From positions 240,768 to 304,767 of the forward strand of contig JBAZXC010000002.1 in NCBI GenBank assembly GCA_041660065.1: a stretch of 64,000 nucleotides of DNA, written 5' to 3'. A program made the position numbers and the translations under genes. Positions within the stretch are counted from its first letter, which is position 1; each line of letters starts with the position of its first letter. Shown here in pieces: positions 11,569 to 19,894 of this stretch. The notes under the pieces were generated by a model. The model had not been told where the DNA came from, searched no databases, and saw nothing but the letters and a program-made list of their open reading frames with translations. The stretch comes from Parcubacteria group bacterium. GTDB taxonomy: Bacteria; Patescibacteriota; Minisyncoccia; Moranbacterales; GCA-2747515.

Positions 11569-11886
11569 ATTTTTGTTTTATATATTATTTATTTTTTATG
11601 ATGCAATATATTGCATGTCACCTTTTATGCCGAGGATCGGTCTTTCTCAATCGACCAACAAAAAGAAAAACCGGGTGACATTTGGTCTTGATGACCACCC
11701 GGCTTTAACTCATCATGTATCCATTATAGCAGAAAAAAACATGATTGTCAATTCTGATTTTTCATTAATTTTTATTATATCCTCAAATTTTTTCACCTGA
11801 TCATAAAACACGTTGATTGACAAAGCGTTCAAAGACCTGTACGCTGATAATTCAGAATCATTCTCGCATTTCCCTATCAAAAAAAT

Positions 11887-12855
11887 ATGTCACGCGACAT
11901 TCATGCAACAATAGAAGACAGTGGCAAACGATTGGATAAATTTCTCGTAGAAAAAGATCCGTCTTTGACGCGCGGAGAAATCATTCGCATGATCCGGTCC
12001 GGCGCAGTGGAGATCAATGGCAAAAAAGCAAAACCCAGTTACACGATCCATGGTGATGAATATATTTTCATCGGTGCATATCGCGATAAATCCAAAGATA
12101 TCGTGCCAAATCGCAATCTCGTGATCGATGTCGTGGAAGGTACGGAAAATTTTATCGTGATCAACAAGCAACGCGGTTTGCAAGTGCACCCCAGTCACAG
12201 AGAGCGCTATGAAACACTGGTCAATGCCCTCTTGGCACGATTCCCGGAAATTGTCGGCGTAGGGGAGGATGAAGAACGACCGGGTATCGTACATCGCTTG
12301 GACAAAGACACGACAGGACTCATCATTGTTGCGCGTAATCAAAAATCTTTTGCAGACTTAAAGGAACTTTTCAGCCAGAGAAAATTACAAAAGACATATT
12401 ATGCCCTTGTCTTTGGTCTTTTTGCAGAAAAAAAAGGCGTGATCGATGCACCGATCGCGCGTGCAACATCGTACACCAAACAAAAGATCGCCTTCGGGAA
12501 ATACAAAGGTGACGCACGCGATGCCGTGACAGAATATGAAGTGGTCAAAGAATATACATTGGCAAATGGCATGGAATTATCATTGGTCAAAGTATTGCCA
12601 AAAACCGGACGCACACATCAAATCCGCGTACACATGGCGCACAGCGGACATCCGCTTCTCGGAGATGAGAGATACTACACCAAGAATGAAAAGAGGATAC
12701 AAATTACCATTCCCGAGATCTACGAACCACATACGTTTTACCTCCACGCAAAAGAAATCTCCTTTGACTTATATGACAAATCATACCACTATACTGTAGA
12801 ATATCCGGATCGCTTTAGTGCATTGTTGCAATATTTGCAATCTTTTGAAGTATAA
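11887..12855 (+). CDS. rluD: 23S rRNA pseudouridine synthase, RluA family (RluD-like, with N-terminal S4 domain)
   Basis: HRLDKDTTGLIIVARN catalytic-Asp motif. S4-like N-terminus. 322 aa. Confidence 0.9.
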   Translation: MSRDIHATIEDSGKRLDKFLVEKDPSLTRGEIIRMIRSGAVEINGKKAKPSYTIHGDEYIFIGAYRDKSKDIVPNRNLVIDVVEGTENFIVINKQRGLQVHPSHRERYETLVNALLARFPEIVGVGEDEERPGIVHRLDKDTTGLIIVARNQKSFADLKELFSQRKLQKTYYALVFGLFAEKKGVIDAPIARATSYTKQKIAFGKYKGDARDAVTEYEVVKEYTLANGMELSLVKVLPKTGRTHQIRVHMAHSGHPLLGDERYYTKNEKRIQITIPEIYEPHTFYLHAKEISFDLYDKSYHYTVEYPDRFSALLQYLQSFEV

Positions 12856-12885
12856 ATTGAGCTAATTTAATATGAATTCTTGCAG

Positions 12886-12910
12886 GTGTCATTCCCGTGA
12901 AAACGGGAAT
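12886..12910 (+). repeat. Member of the GTCATTCC...GGAATC short-hairpin repeat family
   Basis: GTCATTCCCG-TGAAAA-CGGGAATCC. Same conserved flanks as the copies at 48430, 51628, 53160 and 53210, with a covarying central stem. Confidence 0.6.
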
Positions 12911-12973
12911 CCACTGAATGCGCTAAAATATGATAACATTCCCATTGCCTAATTTCATTACAAATATATTTAT

Positions 12974-13381
12974 ATGACACAACAAATAAAGAAAAACGAA
13001 AAGAAGAAGTATCGCGTGAAACGTTCTCGTGCAGGCTTGGGGCTTTTTGCCGTTGAAAAAATCACAAAAGGTGAGTTTATCATCGAATACACCGGCGAAA
13101 AAATTTCACACGAAGAAGCAGACCGTCGCGGTGGACGATACCTTTTTATACTTACAGAAGAAATCGTTTTGGACGGAAAAGGACGAGAACACACCGCCCG
13201 CTATATCAATCATGCCTGCACACCAAACGCGGAAGCGGTAATTGAGGATGATGAACACGTAATGATCTATGCGACCAGAGACATTTTGCCACACGAAGAA
13301 ATTACATATGATTACGGAACTCAATATGTGGAAGAATTGATCAAAGAAGAAGGATGCCGATGTGCTGGGTGTTGTATATAG
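12974..13381 (+). CDS. SET-domain protein (putative lysine methyltransferase)
   Basis: GLGLFA...EYTGE...RYINHACTPNAEAV...EEITYDYG SET signature. C-terminal CRCAGCC post-SET Cys cluster. Confidence 0.85.
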   Translation: MTQQIKKNEKKKYRVKRSRAGLGLFAVEKITKGEFIIEYTGEKISHEEADRRGGRYLFILTEEIVLDGKGREHTARYINHACTPNAEAVIEDDEHVMIYATRDILPHEEITYDYGTQYVEELIKEEGCRCAGCCI

Positions 13382-13516
13382 AAAAAACATGGATCTATAA
13401 AATTATTTTGTATAACAAAAATTAAAAACGACCCATCCTATGATAAGTAATGGGTCGTTTTTTTATTGGTAGTTAAATTAGAAATTTAATTTGACAAAAA
13501 AATAGTCATCCTTTGT

Positions 13517-14119
13517 TTATTGGCATCTTCTCAGGTCATCAATGATACGCAACAATACTGGATTTTTTAACTTACTCTCCGCTCCCGATAAAAATACGGA
13601 CAGATCTCTATTGTGTTGTTTTCCGTAAATGAACGATTGTATGCCTCTTTCTGAAAAATCCAACTCCTTTACGAACTGCGCCTCTGCAGTTTTTTGCTCT
13701 TCATACTCCTCCCAGTAAGTGATACAAAATTTCAACCACGGCGAATCTCCAAATATTTTGTAAATGGCTGCTCTTTCCCGTTTTTGCTTTTCTTCTTTTG
13801 ACATTTCCCCCGGCCTCGTATCACCTGCATAAACTTCCACAACATCATGAACCAAGATCATTATAAAAACTTTAAGTAGCTCGAGATTAAGTGAATGCTT
13901 GGATATAATCAAAAGCGCCAACATACACATCCCATAAACATGGTCCGCTACCGATTCACACTTGTCCACTGGGACATCTCGTCCTTTTTGTGGCCAACCT
14001 TGACGCAGTATCTGCTTGAGATGATTGACTTGCAAATAGATAAATAATATTGGATCAATTTGATCTTCCATTCCTAAAACCAAATGGACTGGGTTAGTGT
14101 TTTTATCGTTTATCTTCAT
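13517..14119 (-). CDS. HD-domain phosphohydrolase, YfbR-like 5'-deoxynucleotidase family
   Basis: ESVADHVYGMCMLALLI ... LVHDVVEVYAGDT (H...HD motifs) as in YfbR. Confidence 0.8.
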   Translation of the reverse strand: MKINDKNTNPVHLVLGMEDQIDPILFIYLQVNHLKQILRQGWPQKGRDVPVDKCESVADHVYGMCMLALLIISKHSLNLELLKVFIMILVHDVVEVYAGDTRPGEMSKEEKQKRERAAIYKIFGDSPWLKFCITYWEEYEEQKTAEAQFVKELDFSERGIQSFIYGKQHNRDLSVFLSGAESKLKNPVLLRIIDDLRRCQ

Positions 14120-14280
14120 AATTTTCTCCTATGTTGAAGATATTTGTTAAACAACTATTGAATAATGAGGCTATCACATTATTTAGAAATAATCAAATTT
14201 TGTATCTGCCTGCATTCCTCAATCTCCCCAAATAATTTCTTCTGTTTCACTATTCGATCTTCTCAAAACAAAAAACAGCA

Positions 14281-14305
14281 TTGACAGCTGTTTTTTGATC
14301 TCTTT
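14281..14305 (-). terminator. Terminator hairpin downstream of the minus-strand tRNA cluster
   Basis: On the minus strand: AACAGC-tgtcaat-GCTGTT followed by TTTTTGTTTT. Confidence 0.55.
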
Positions 14306-14306
14306 G

Positions 14307-14378
14307 AGCGAGTGAGCGGAATCGAACCGCCGTTTCTACCTTGGCAAGGTGGTGTAATAACCATTATACGACACTCGC
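14307..14378 (-). tRNA. tRNA-Gly (GCC)
   Basis: Hand-folded cloverleaf. Acceptor GCGAGTG/CACTCGC, U8, anticodon loop TTGCCAA, T-loop TTCGATT, discriminator U. CCA not encoded. Confidence 0.75.
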
Positions 14379-14385
14379 CTGCCAA

Positions 14386-14455
14386 AATTTTTTATTCTTA
14401 TAAAAAACTTAGGCAGGCGCGCCCACATTAATTTTTTATTCTTATAAAAAACTTA
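14386..14455. repeat. Tandem 26-bp direct repeat (AATTTTTTATTCTTATAAAAAACTTA x2) immediately upstream of tRNA-Gly; probable duplicated promoter element
   Basis: Copies at 14386-14411 and 14430-14455. The minus-strand reading contains TATAAG about 20 nt upstream of the tRNA 5' end. Confidence 0.55.
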
Positions 14456-14509
14456 TGCGGACTCACTTGTGTTTTTTGATTTTTAACTTATAATTTTTGA
14501 TTTTATACC

Positions 14510-14581
14510 GTGGGACTAGCAGGGTTCGAACCTGCGACCAAGCGGTTATGAGCCGCGCGCTCTACCGCTGAGCTATAGTCC
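14510..14581 (-). tRNA. tRNA with CAT anticodon; probably tRNA-Ile2 (lysidine) rather than elongator or initiator Met
   Basis: Cloverleaf GGGACTA..CTCATAA..TTCGAAC..TAGTCCC-A. G1-C72 is paired and there is no GGG/CCC anticodon stem, so it is not an initiator. Variable loop TGGTC and T-arm resemble E. coli ileX. tilS is present in the window. Confidence 0.7.
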
Positions 14582-14611
14582 CCCACCAATCATGCTAGTC
14601 ACTCCAATATT

Positions 14612-15337
14612 CTATATGGTTTTTTTCATCTCGTCAATCCATCCAATCAATTCAAAAAACAACCGTACATTTGTGATCCTTACATGAATAGTGCCATGAG
14701 GTATTGTATTTTTAGCTCTTGTATTCTTACTATTATTTTTTACATGACTGACTTTCATAAAATTTTTTAGAGGTATTTTAGTTATTTTATGCCAATAATC
14801 CATAGATTTTTCTGCGTCAACATTCTTATGCGCAATGATTTGTATCTTCATGTTCTCTTTTGTAATATGAAGAAATTTTTCAAAAAAACGGATCATTATA
14901 GTAATCATTGCAGGATCTGAATTGGCAAAATCAATGCTTTTCCATTTACTGCCATAGGCACCTTTTTTATAGCCCTCTGACCAATACATTGCGACACCTG
15001 CAATAAATAAAGGGTCTTTAGTGTATTTATGGTATTGCAAAGCTGCAAAATCTCGTATCTTCTGGTGTTCCTCTTGAGATTTTTGAGTTTGTTGTCGATT
15101 CCTTTTTATGAGAGCTTTAACACTAGTATCATGTACACGCTTATGTATTTTTTCTTGCGCGAGTTGAGATAATGAAACATCTTTTAACCATGTGCTCAAA
15201 GTACTTTTTGGAATAGTCATTTTCTGAGATATTTGATTATAACTATATCCATTTCTGCGCAATTTTATAGCATCATCTTTGTCTTTTCTCATAAAATAAA
15301 TAGAACCTATAATACTATCAATGTACCATAGGTTCAT
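14612..15337 (-). CDS. Hypothetical HTH-domain protein; possible mobile-element/homing-endonuclease-like gene adjacent to the intron-containing tRNA
   Basis: 241-aa, AT-rich. N-terminal HTH (GYSYNQISQKMTIPKSTLSTWL, IS30/resolvase-like). Start lies 14 nt after the tRNA-Phe 3' end. No clear LAGLIDADG, GIY-YIG or HNH motif. Confidence 0.45.
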   Translation of the reverse strand: MNLWYIDSIIGSIYFMRKDKDDAIKLRRNGYSYNQISQKMTIPKSTLSTWLKDVSLSQLAQEKIHKRVHDTSVKALIKRNRQQTQKSQEEHQKIRDFAALQYHKYTKDPLFIAGVAMYWSEGYKKGAYGSKWKSIDFANSDPAMITIMIRFFEKFLHITKENMKIQIIAHKNVDAEKSMDYWHKITKIPLKNFMKVSHVKNNSKNTRAKNTIPHGTIHVRITNVRLFFELIGWIDEMKKTI

Positions 15338-15351
15338 ATTTATAACAATGA

Positions 15352-15662
15352 TGGTGCCGAGGGAGAGAATCGGACTCTCGACACAAGGATTTTCCTTATA
15401 CTGTCTTATGTTTCCATAAGGATTGGACTATATCATTCCCGCTGAGCGGGATTGGGCGCTATTTGCAGGATTATTGTTGGGACTCACCTGCTAGTCTCTA
15501 CTCCTTCCTTAACACTTTATACCCATTAAGGCTTGGATCGGGATTGTCATAATTCTATAAGAACCGTAGATTTCCCCGAATTCACCCAATTTTTCTCACT
15601 CTATATTGCTATAGAGGGGACCGAAAATTCAGTCCTTTGCTCTACCACTGAGCTACCTCGGC
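15352..15662 (-). tRNA. tRNA-Phe (GAA) interrupted by a group I intron (exons 15631..15662 and 15352..15394; CCA encoded)
   Basis: 5' exon GCCGAGGTAGCTCAGTGGTAGAGCAAAGGACT. 3' exon GAAAATCCTTGTGTCGAGAGTCCGATTCTCTCCCTCGGCACCA. Spliced product folds into a canonical cloverleaf with anticodon loop CTGAAAA. Confidence 0.8.
15395..15630 (-). ncRNA. Group I self-splicing intron (236 nt) in the tRNA-Phe anticodon loop, inserted between U33 and G34
   Basis: 5' splice site follows U, with a U.G pair in P1 (exon GGACU pairs with intron IGS GGUCC). The intron ends in omega-G (..UAUAAG|GAAAA). P2 hairpin CUCUAUA-gcaa-UAUAGAG. P3/P4 core AAAUUGGGUGAAUUCGGGGAAAUCUACGGUUC closely resembles the cyanobacterial tRNA-Leu intron core AAAUUGCGGGAAAGGGGUCAACAGCCGUUC. 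P7-like GAGACUA ... UAGUCC. Confidence 0.8.
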
Positions 15663-15683
15663 TCACTCAAATATTCATTGTTG

Positions 15684-15757
15684 TGCACGCTGAGGGATTC
15701 GAACCCCCGACCCTCTCGGTGTAAACGAGATGCTCTAACCAGCTGAGCTAAGCGTGC
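15684..15757 (-). tRNA. tRNA-Val (TAC)
   Basis: Cloverleaf GCACGCT..TTTACAC..TTCGAAT..AGCGTGC-A. Confidence 0.85.
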
Positions 15758-15978
15758 TTTTTATTGAATAGATCCACCAACTTATTTCATATGAATGTTG
15801 TTTTTTCTTTTATATAATGAATTTTTGACAAAAAACTTCTGTCATTCTGAACTTGTTTCAGAATCTCAAAACTATGGCTTATGTAGATGCTGAAACAAGT
15901 TCAGCATGACATAGATATTAAATGAGATCAACAAATATCATTGTACAATATTTTTTTATTTCTTCCAACCTCTTCTCG

Positions 15979-16062
15979 TGCCCAGAGCGGGACTTGAACC
16001 CGCACACTCCAAAGGAGTCTAGGCCCTCAACCTAGTGCGTATACCAATTCCGCCATCTGGGC
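15979..16062 (-). tRNA. tRNA-Leu (GAG), type II with long variable arm
   Basis: GCCCAGA..anticodon loop TTGAGGG..variable arm ACTCCTTTGGAGTGT..TTCAAGT..TCTGGGC-A. Confidence 0.8.
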
Positions 16063-16101
16063 ATGCATATCACTTTTTTGCAAAAATGATATGTTCCAAC
16101 T

Positions 16102-16554
16102 TTAATTTGTCACTTCTTCCGCTACTTCCGCCTTTTCTGCTTCAACTACTTCTTCCACAACCTCTTCTTTTGCTACTGGATTTTCAACTTCTTTTTTCAC
16201 AATGTCTTTTGCATCTGTATATTTAAAACGCAATGCCTTTGCCACTTTGTCTCGTACATAATACAATTTTGCCTTGCGTACTTTTGCACGCTTTATCAAC
16301 TCGATCTTATCGATAAATGGAGAAAACATCGGCACCACGATCTCAACACCCACACCATTGGACACTTTGCGCACAGTAACAGTTGGAGAACTGCTTTGGC
16401 GTCCTTTGATCGCGATGATCATGCCCTCAAAGATCTGGACACGCTCTTTTTCACCCTCTTTGATCCTGCGATACACCTTGACGACATCTCCCGCGTAAAA
16501 ATCAATCGTATCTTTGCGTTGCGTTTTATTGAACGCGATTACTTCACTTCGCAT
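16102..16554 (-). CDS. rplS: 50S ribosomal protein L19 with an acidic C-terminal extension
   Basis: VQIFEGMIIAIKGRQ...TVRKVSNGVGVE...VRKAKLYYVRDK matches the L19 core. About 35 extra C-terminal residues (EEVVEEVVEAEKAEVAEEV). Confidence 0.9.
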   Translation of the reverse strand: MRSEVIAFNKTQRKDTIDFYAGDVVKVYRRIKEGEKERVQIFEGMIIAIKGRQSSSPTVTVRKVSNGVGVEIVVPMFSPFIDKIELIKRAKVRKAKLYYVRDKVAKALRFKYTDAKDIVKKEVENPVAKEEVVEEVVEAEKAEVAEEVTN

Positions 16555-16731
16555 AAAAATATATAGTTAAAAATAAGATGGAAAATCGGTTGATTTTTTG
16601 TTTCAGAACACAAAAAATGCCTGCCATTACAGCCATAGCGCACCCCTTGTAAAACCTTTCACCATCATAGAGGAAAAAGCATTTTTCGTCAATAGTTCCC
16701 TGAATAAAGTAAAAACCGCCGGATCGTGATC

Positions 16732-17037
16732 CTAGCGGTTTAGTTCCTGGAGTGCTTGCAAGACGATTTCTCTTGCAGAGCATTTCGTCAAAAAATCAAT
16801 GTGTAGCCACCATTCTCCTTGTGGAGAAAAGATGTTTTGTGAAAGAGAGATAAAAATACTCTCATCTGAAAATTTTCTTTTTTCGTGAAGAAGCGTACGC
16901 TCCATCACCTCTTCCACATTCGCATTACCCTGCGTGTACACGCGGTAGATCCTTGCGCCAATCCTTGCAAGGATATATTCCGCATTGCGTTCCGTCGTAC
17001 GAATGCACACGCCCTGTGCATTAAATTCGATGATCAT
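16732..17037 (-). CDS. Hypothetical protein upstream of rplS
   Basis: 101-aa ORF. No motif recognised. Confidence 0.35.
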   Translation of the reverse strand: MIIEFNAQGVCIRTTERNAEYILARIGARIYRVYTQGNANVEEVMERTLLHEKRKFSDESIFISLSQNIFSPQGEWWLHIDFLTKCSAREIVLQALQELNR

Positions 17038-17155
17038 ATGATCCTCCTGTCCAAAATTAAAGAACGTAAATTCATAACAGGATATTATAGATCATAATTC
17101 TGATTTTGTCAAGAGCTGGCTTCATGTTTCACGAAACCAGCTCTTATGCCTTTTA

Positions 17156-17434
17156 TCAAACAAAAAGACTGGTCAGAACCGTAGTGATTACGCCTCCAAC
17201 AAATAATCCGATTGTTCCGGAGATTGCAGGACAGGGATCATTGTGATGTCTACTCCATGTGAAAAACCTCCACCCACACGCAAGCGCAACGATCACCACG
17301 ACACCTATCCGTATTACATCTCGATCTGCGATCCATTCCATTCTTTCCTCCTCTGTTTTCTTGACGTATGATTTCTCCTTTATATTGCCCACGGTACCAT
17401 CAAAAAACAAAATAATCAAGGCTTCATCAATCAT
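17156..17434 (-). CDS. Small membrane protein, hypothetical
   Basis: 92 aa with two hydrophobic helices. Overlaps the upstream gene by 8 nt. Confidence 0.4.
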   Translation of the reverse strand: MIDEALIILFFDGTVGNIKEKSYVKKTEEERMEWIADRDVIRIGVVVIVALACGWRFFTWSRHHNDPCPAISGTIGLFVGGVITTVLTSLFV

Positions 17435-18398
17435 TGATGATTTCCTCCATCTTTACATTGATCACGCCCGCGCCAAGCGATGCGATCTTTTCAAATGCCA
17501 CTTTATCCAAGTCGATGATACGGCCGGCAACAAAAGGCCCACGATCATTGATACGCACGATCACAGACTTTCCATTCTCTTGATTGGTCACGCGCGCATA
17601 CGAGCCGATCGGCATCCATGGATTTGCCGCACTGAGCGTCCCTGTGTGAGCATACCATGAGCATGCTCCCGTATGCTTCTTACCCACCACAACCTTTGTA
17701 CCCTGCACCACTATCTCGGTCACAGGCTCTTTGGTCACGGTTTCGCTTTTGACATCGCGCGCCACTTCTTCCCCATTATGATATGCCACTTCATAGATAA
17801 TTTCTTTTGCACCATTTTCTCCTTTTTGCTTTGTAAAACGCTTGAGAAAATTCACCGTGTCATCTTCATTTTCTTCCGTTTTAAATGGGATCTTTTTTGT
17901 CACGGTTTCTTCTTTGATGATCACGCGGATGATCGTCGCCTCCATGTCACCATAGACCACCACATCTTTTGCCGGTTTGACGATATCATCCTTTGCGATC
18001 GTCACACCGCCACGAATTATCGCTTGTAACAAATTATCACGAAATGTGTGGATCTCCTTCTTGTTATCATCAACTTCCACCGTGACTACATGATCACGAT
18101 CGATCGTGATCACATCATCATCAAACACCGCCATGTCCCGCGCAGGAAAAACACGATCACGCTCTCCGATCGACGGATCATAATATGCCAGCACATCCGC
18201 AACAGTCTTGGCGGGCACATCACGCAAATCGGTCTTGCGACCATCATCATTGATCACAATATGATGCATGTCGGACGATTGCACAAATTGATGCGCCGGA
18301 CGCAGAAAAAGTGCCCCTGCAATCACGCCGACAATACCGCACAAAACAACCCCAAAAGCCACTTTTTGAATCAATTTTCTCCGCACCCGTTTATGCAT
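17427..18398 (-). CDS. RlpA-like (DPBB) domain protein with N-terminal membrane anchor
   Basis: C-terminal GACSWYAHTGTLSAANPWMPIGSYARVTNQENGKSVIVRINDRGPFVAGRIIDL is the RlpA double-psi beta-barrel signature. N-terminal TM. Likely start is the internal MHKRV. Confidence 0.8.
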   Translation of the reverse strand: MHKRVRRKLIQKVAFGVVLCGIVGVIAGALFLRPAHQFVQSSDMHHIVINDDGRKTDLRDVPAKTVADVLAYYDPSIGERDRVFPARDMAVFDDDVITIDRDHVVTVEVDDNKKEIHTFRDNLLQAIIRGGVTIAKDDIVKPAKDVVVYGDMEATIIRVIIKEETVTKKIPFKTEENEDDTVNFLKRFTKQKGENGAKEIIYEVAYHNGEEVARDVKSETVTKEPVTEIVVQGTKVVVGKKHTGACSWYAHTGTLSAANPWMPIGSYARVTNQENGKSVIVRINDRGPFVAGRIIDLDKVAFEKIASLGAGVINVKMEEIIND

Positions 18399-18443
18399 AC
18401 TCCCACTATTATATATGAATACAACAAAAAAATATATCCACAT

Positions 18444-18512
18444 GCTTTAAAATTTGCAGAAAACATGGTACATTTGCACTGTATGTTAGTAGGTGTTTTG
18501 CAACACCAAAAG
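18444..18512. repeat. Repeat A copy 1: ~70-bp promoter-like element, about 94% identical to 21558..21626
   Basis: GCTTTAAAATTTGCAGAAAACATGGTACATTTGCACTGTATGTTAGTAGGTGTTTTGCAACACCAAAAG. Three direct ATTTGCA/TTTTGCA motifs plus a GGTGTT-ttgc-AACACC hairpin. Confidence 0.7.
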
Positions 18513-18681
18513 CTCACTTAATACGCGTATTTGAACACATTATCTACCCACAAATTTGCACAATGACCGGTTATGGCAAATGTCGCTTCGTTCATCTTTA
18601 TTTATTTTATAGAGAAAAAATAAGGCGTTTTCCTCACTATGCTACGAAAGCTGTTTATATTTAATTAATACGTGAAGTATT

Positions 18682-19869
18682 ATGAACGAGATGCAGATAA
18701 ATAATACACTAAAAACTTTGGTAAAGTTGATTGTCAAGAATAAACAAAATATTATTGATAGCAACCAACAAGACACCTCTGCTTGTTCAAATATTGATGA
18801 ATCAATGCTTGATAGATTAAGAATTGATGAAAATAAAATTTCAGGGATGATCGAATCTATTAATCAGACAGCAAAACTGGCAAATCCAAAAGGGAGAACT
18901 CTGTATACCTACCAACATGAAAACGGTTTAAAGATAGAGAATAAAACAGTTCCGTTTGGTAAAATTCTGATCATTTATGAGTCAAGGCCTGATGTCACAA
19001 TTGAAGCCACTGCTACCGCTTTTAAAGCCGGAAATAAAGTTTTATTGAAAGGAGGCAAAGAATCCAGGAATACTAATATTTTTTTGGTAAAACTCTGGCA
19101 AGAAGCCCTATTTCTAAATGGATTGGATAAAAATCATATAATCTACCTAGACATCAACAGAAAAAAAATGCAAGATGTGATTAGGGACAACAGCTATCAA
19201 ATTGATTTGATTATCCCAAGAGGAGGGGAGGGGCTTATTAACTTTGTTACCCAAAATACCAATATTCCTGTAATAATAAGTGGCAGGGGAAATAATTTTT
19301 TGTATGTAGACAAAGAATCCGATTTTGATATGGCTATCAAAATTATACTAAATGGGAAACAACGAGTGAGTGTATGCAATGCCTTGGATAAAGTTCTCAT
19401 TAATCAAGATGTGCCTGATATAAAATCAAAAATATTGAGCTTGGTCAACAGCCTAAAAACTAACAATATTGAAATATTAGGATCTAAAAATATATGTGAA
19501 TTGAATAATCAAATACAAGAAATTGAGGATGAATCAATGTTCGGTGAAGAATTTTTGTCTTTCAAAATATTGCTAATCTTAGTAAATAATATCGATGAAG
19601 CCATGGGCATGACAAACAAATACTCTGGTGGGCATTCAGCAAGTATAATCACTACAAACAATAAAACTGCAGAAAAATTTCAAAATGAAGTCGATTGTGC
19701 GGCTGTTTATCACAATGCTTCAACGAGATTTACCGATGGTGGTCAATTCGGATTTGGTGCTGAAATAGCAATAAGCACACAAAAATTACATTTTAGAGGT
19801 CCCATTGGAATAAATCAATTGGTCACGAACAAATGGTTTATTTATGGTAAGGGACAAATACGAAATTAA
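18682..19869 (+). CDS. proA: Gamma-glutamyl phosphate reductase (glutamate-5-semialdehyde dehydrogenase)
   Basis: 395 aa. Aldehyde dehydrogenase-fold ProA pattern (ESRPDVT...FKAGN.VLLKGGKES ... GNNFLYVD ... VCNALDKVLI ... HSASIIT). Very AT-rich codon usage. Confidence 0.85.
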   Translation: MNEMQINNTLKTLVKLIVKNKQNIIDSNQQDTSACSNIDESMLDRLRIDENKISGMIESINQTAKLANPKGRTLYTYQHENGLKIENKTVPFGKILIIYESRPDVTIEATATAFKAGNKVLLKGGKESRNTNIFLVKLWQEALFLNGLDKNHIIYLDINRKKMQDVIRDNSYQIDLIIPRGGEGLINFVTQNTNIPVIISGRGNNFLYVDKESDFDMAIKIILNGKQRVSVCNALDKVLINQDVPDIKSKILSLVNSLKTNNIEILGSKNICELNNQIQEIEDESMFGEEFLSFKILLILVNNIDEAMGMTNKYSGGHSASIITTNNKTAEKFQNEVDCAAVYHNASTRFTDGGQFGFGAEIAISTQKLHFRGPIGINQLVTNKWFIYGKGQIRN

Positions 19870-19894
19870 TCTTTTATCTAACAGATGTTAACTT

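Noticed and set aside
11432-11800. 122-aa plus-strand ORF overlapping the Cys-rich small gene
   Set aside because: It is antisense to the better-supported minus-strand gene, which has the operator, the terminator and coherent protein features. It is also low-complexity.
14612-15337. Assignment of the HTH ORF as a LAGLIDADG homing endonuclease
   Set aside because: The FIAGVAMYWSEG segment does not fit the LAGLIDADG spacing and no second motif is present. Kept as an unclassified HTH protein.
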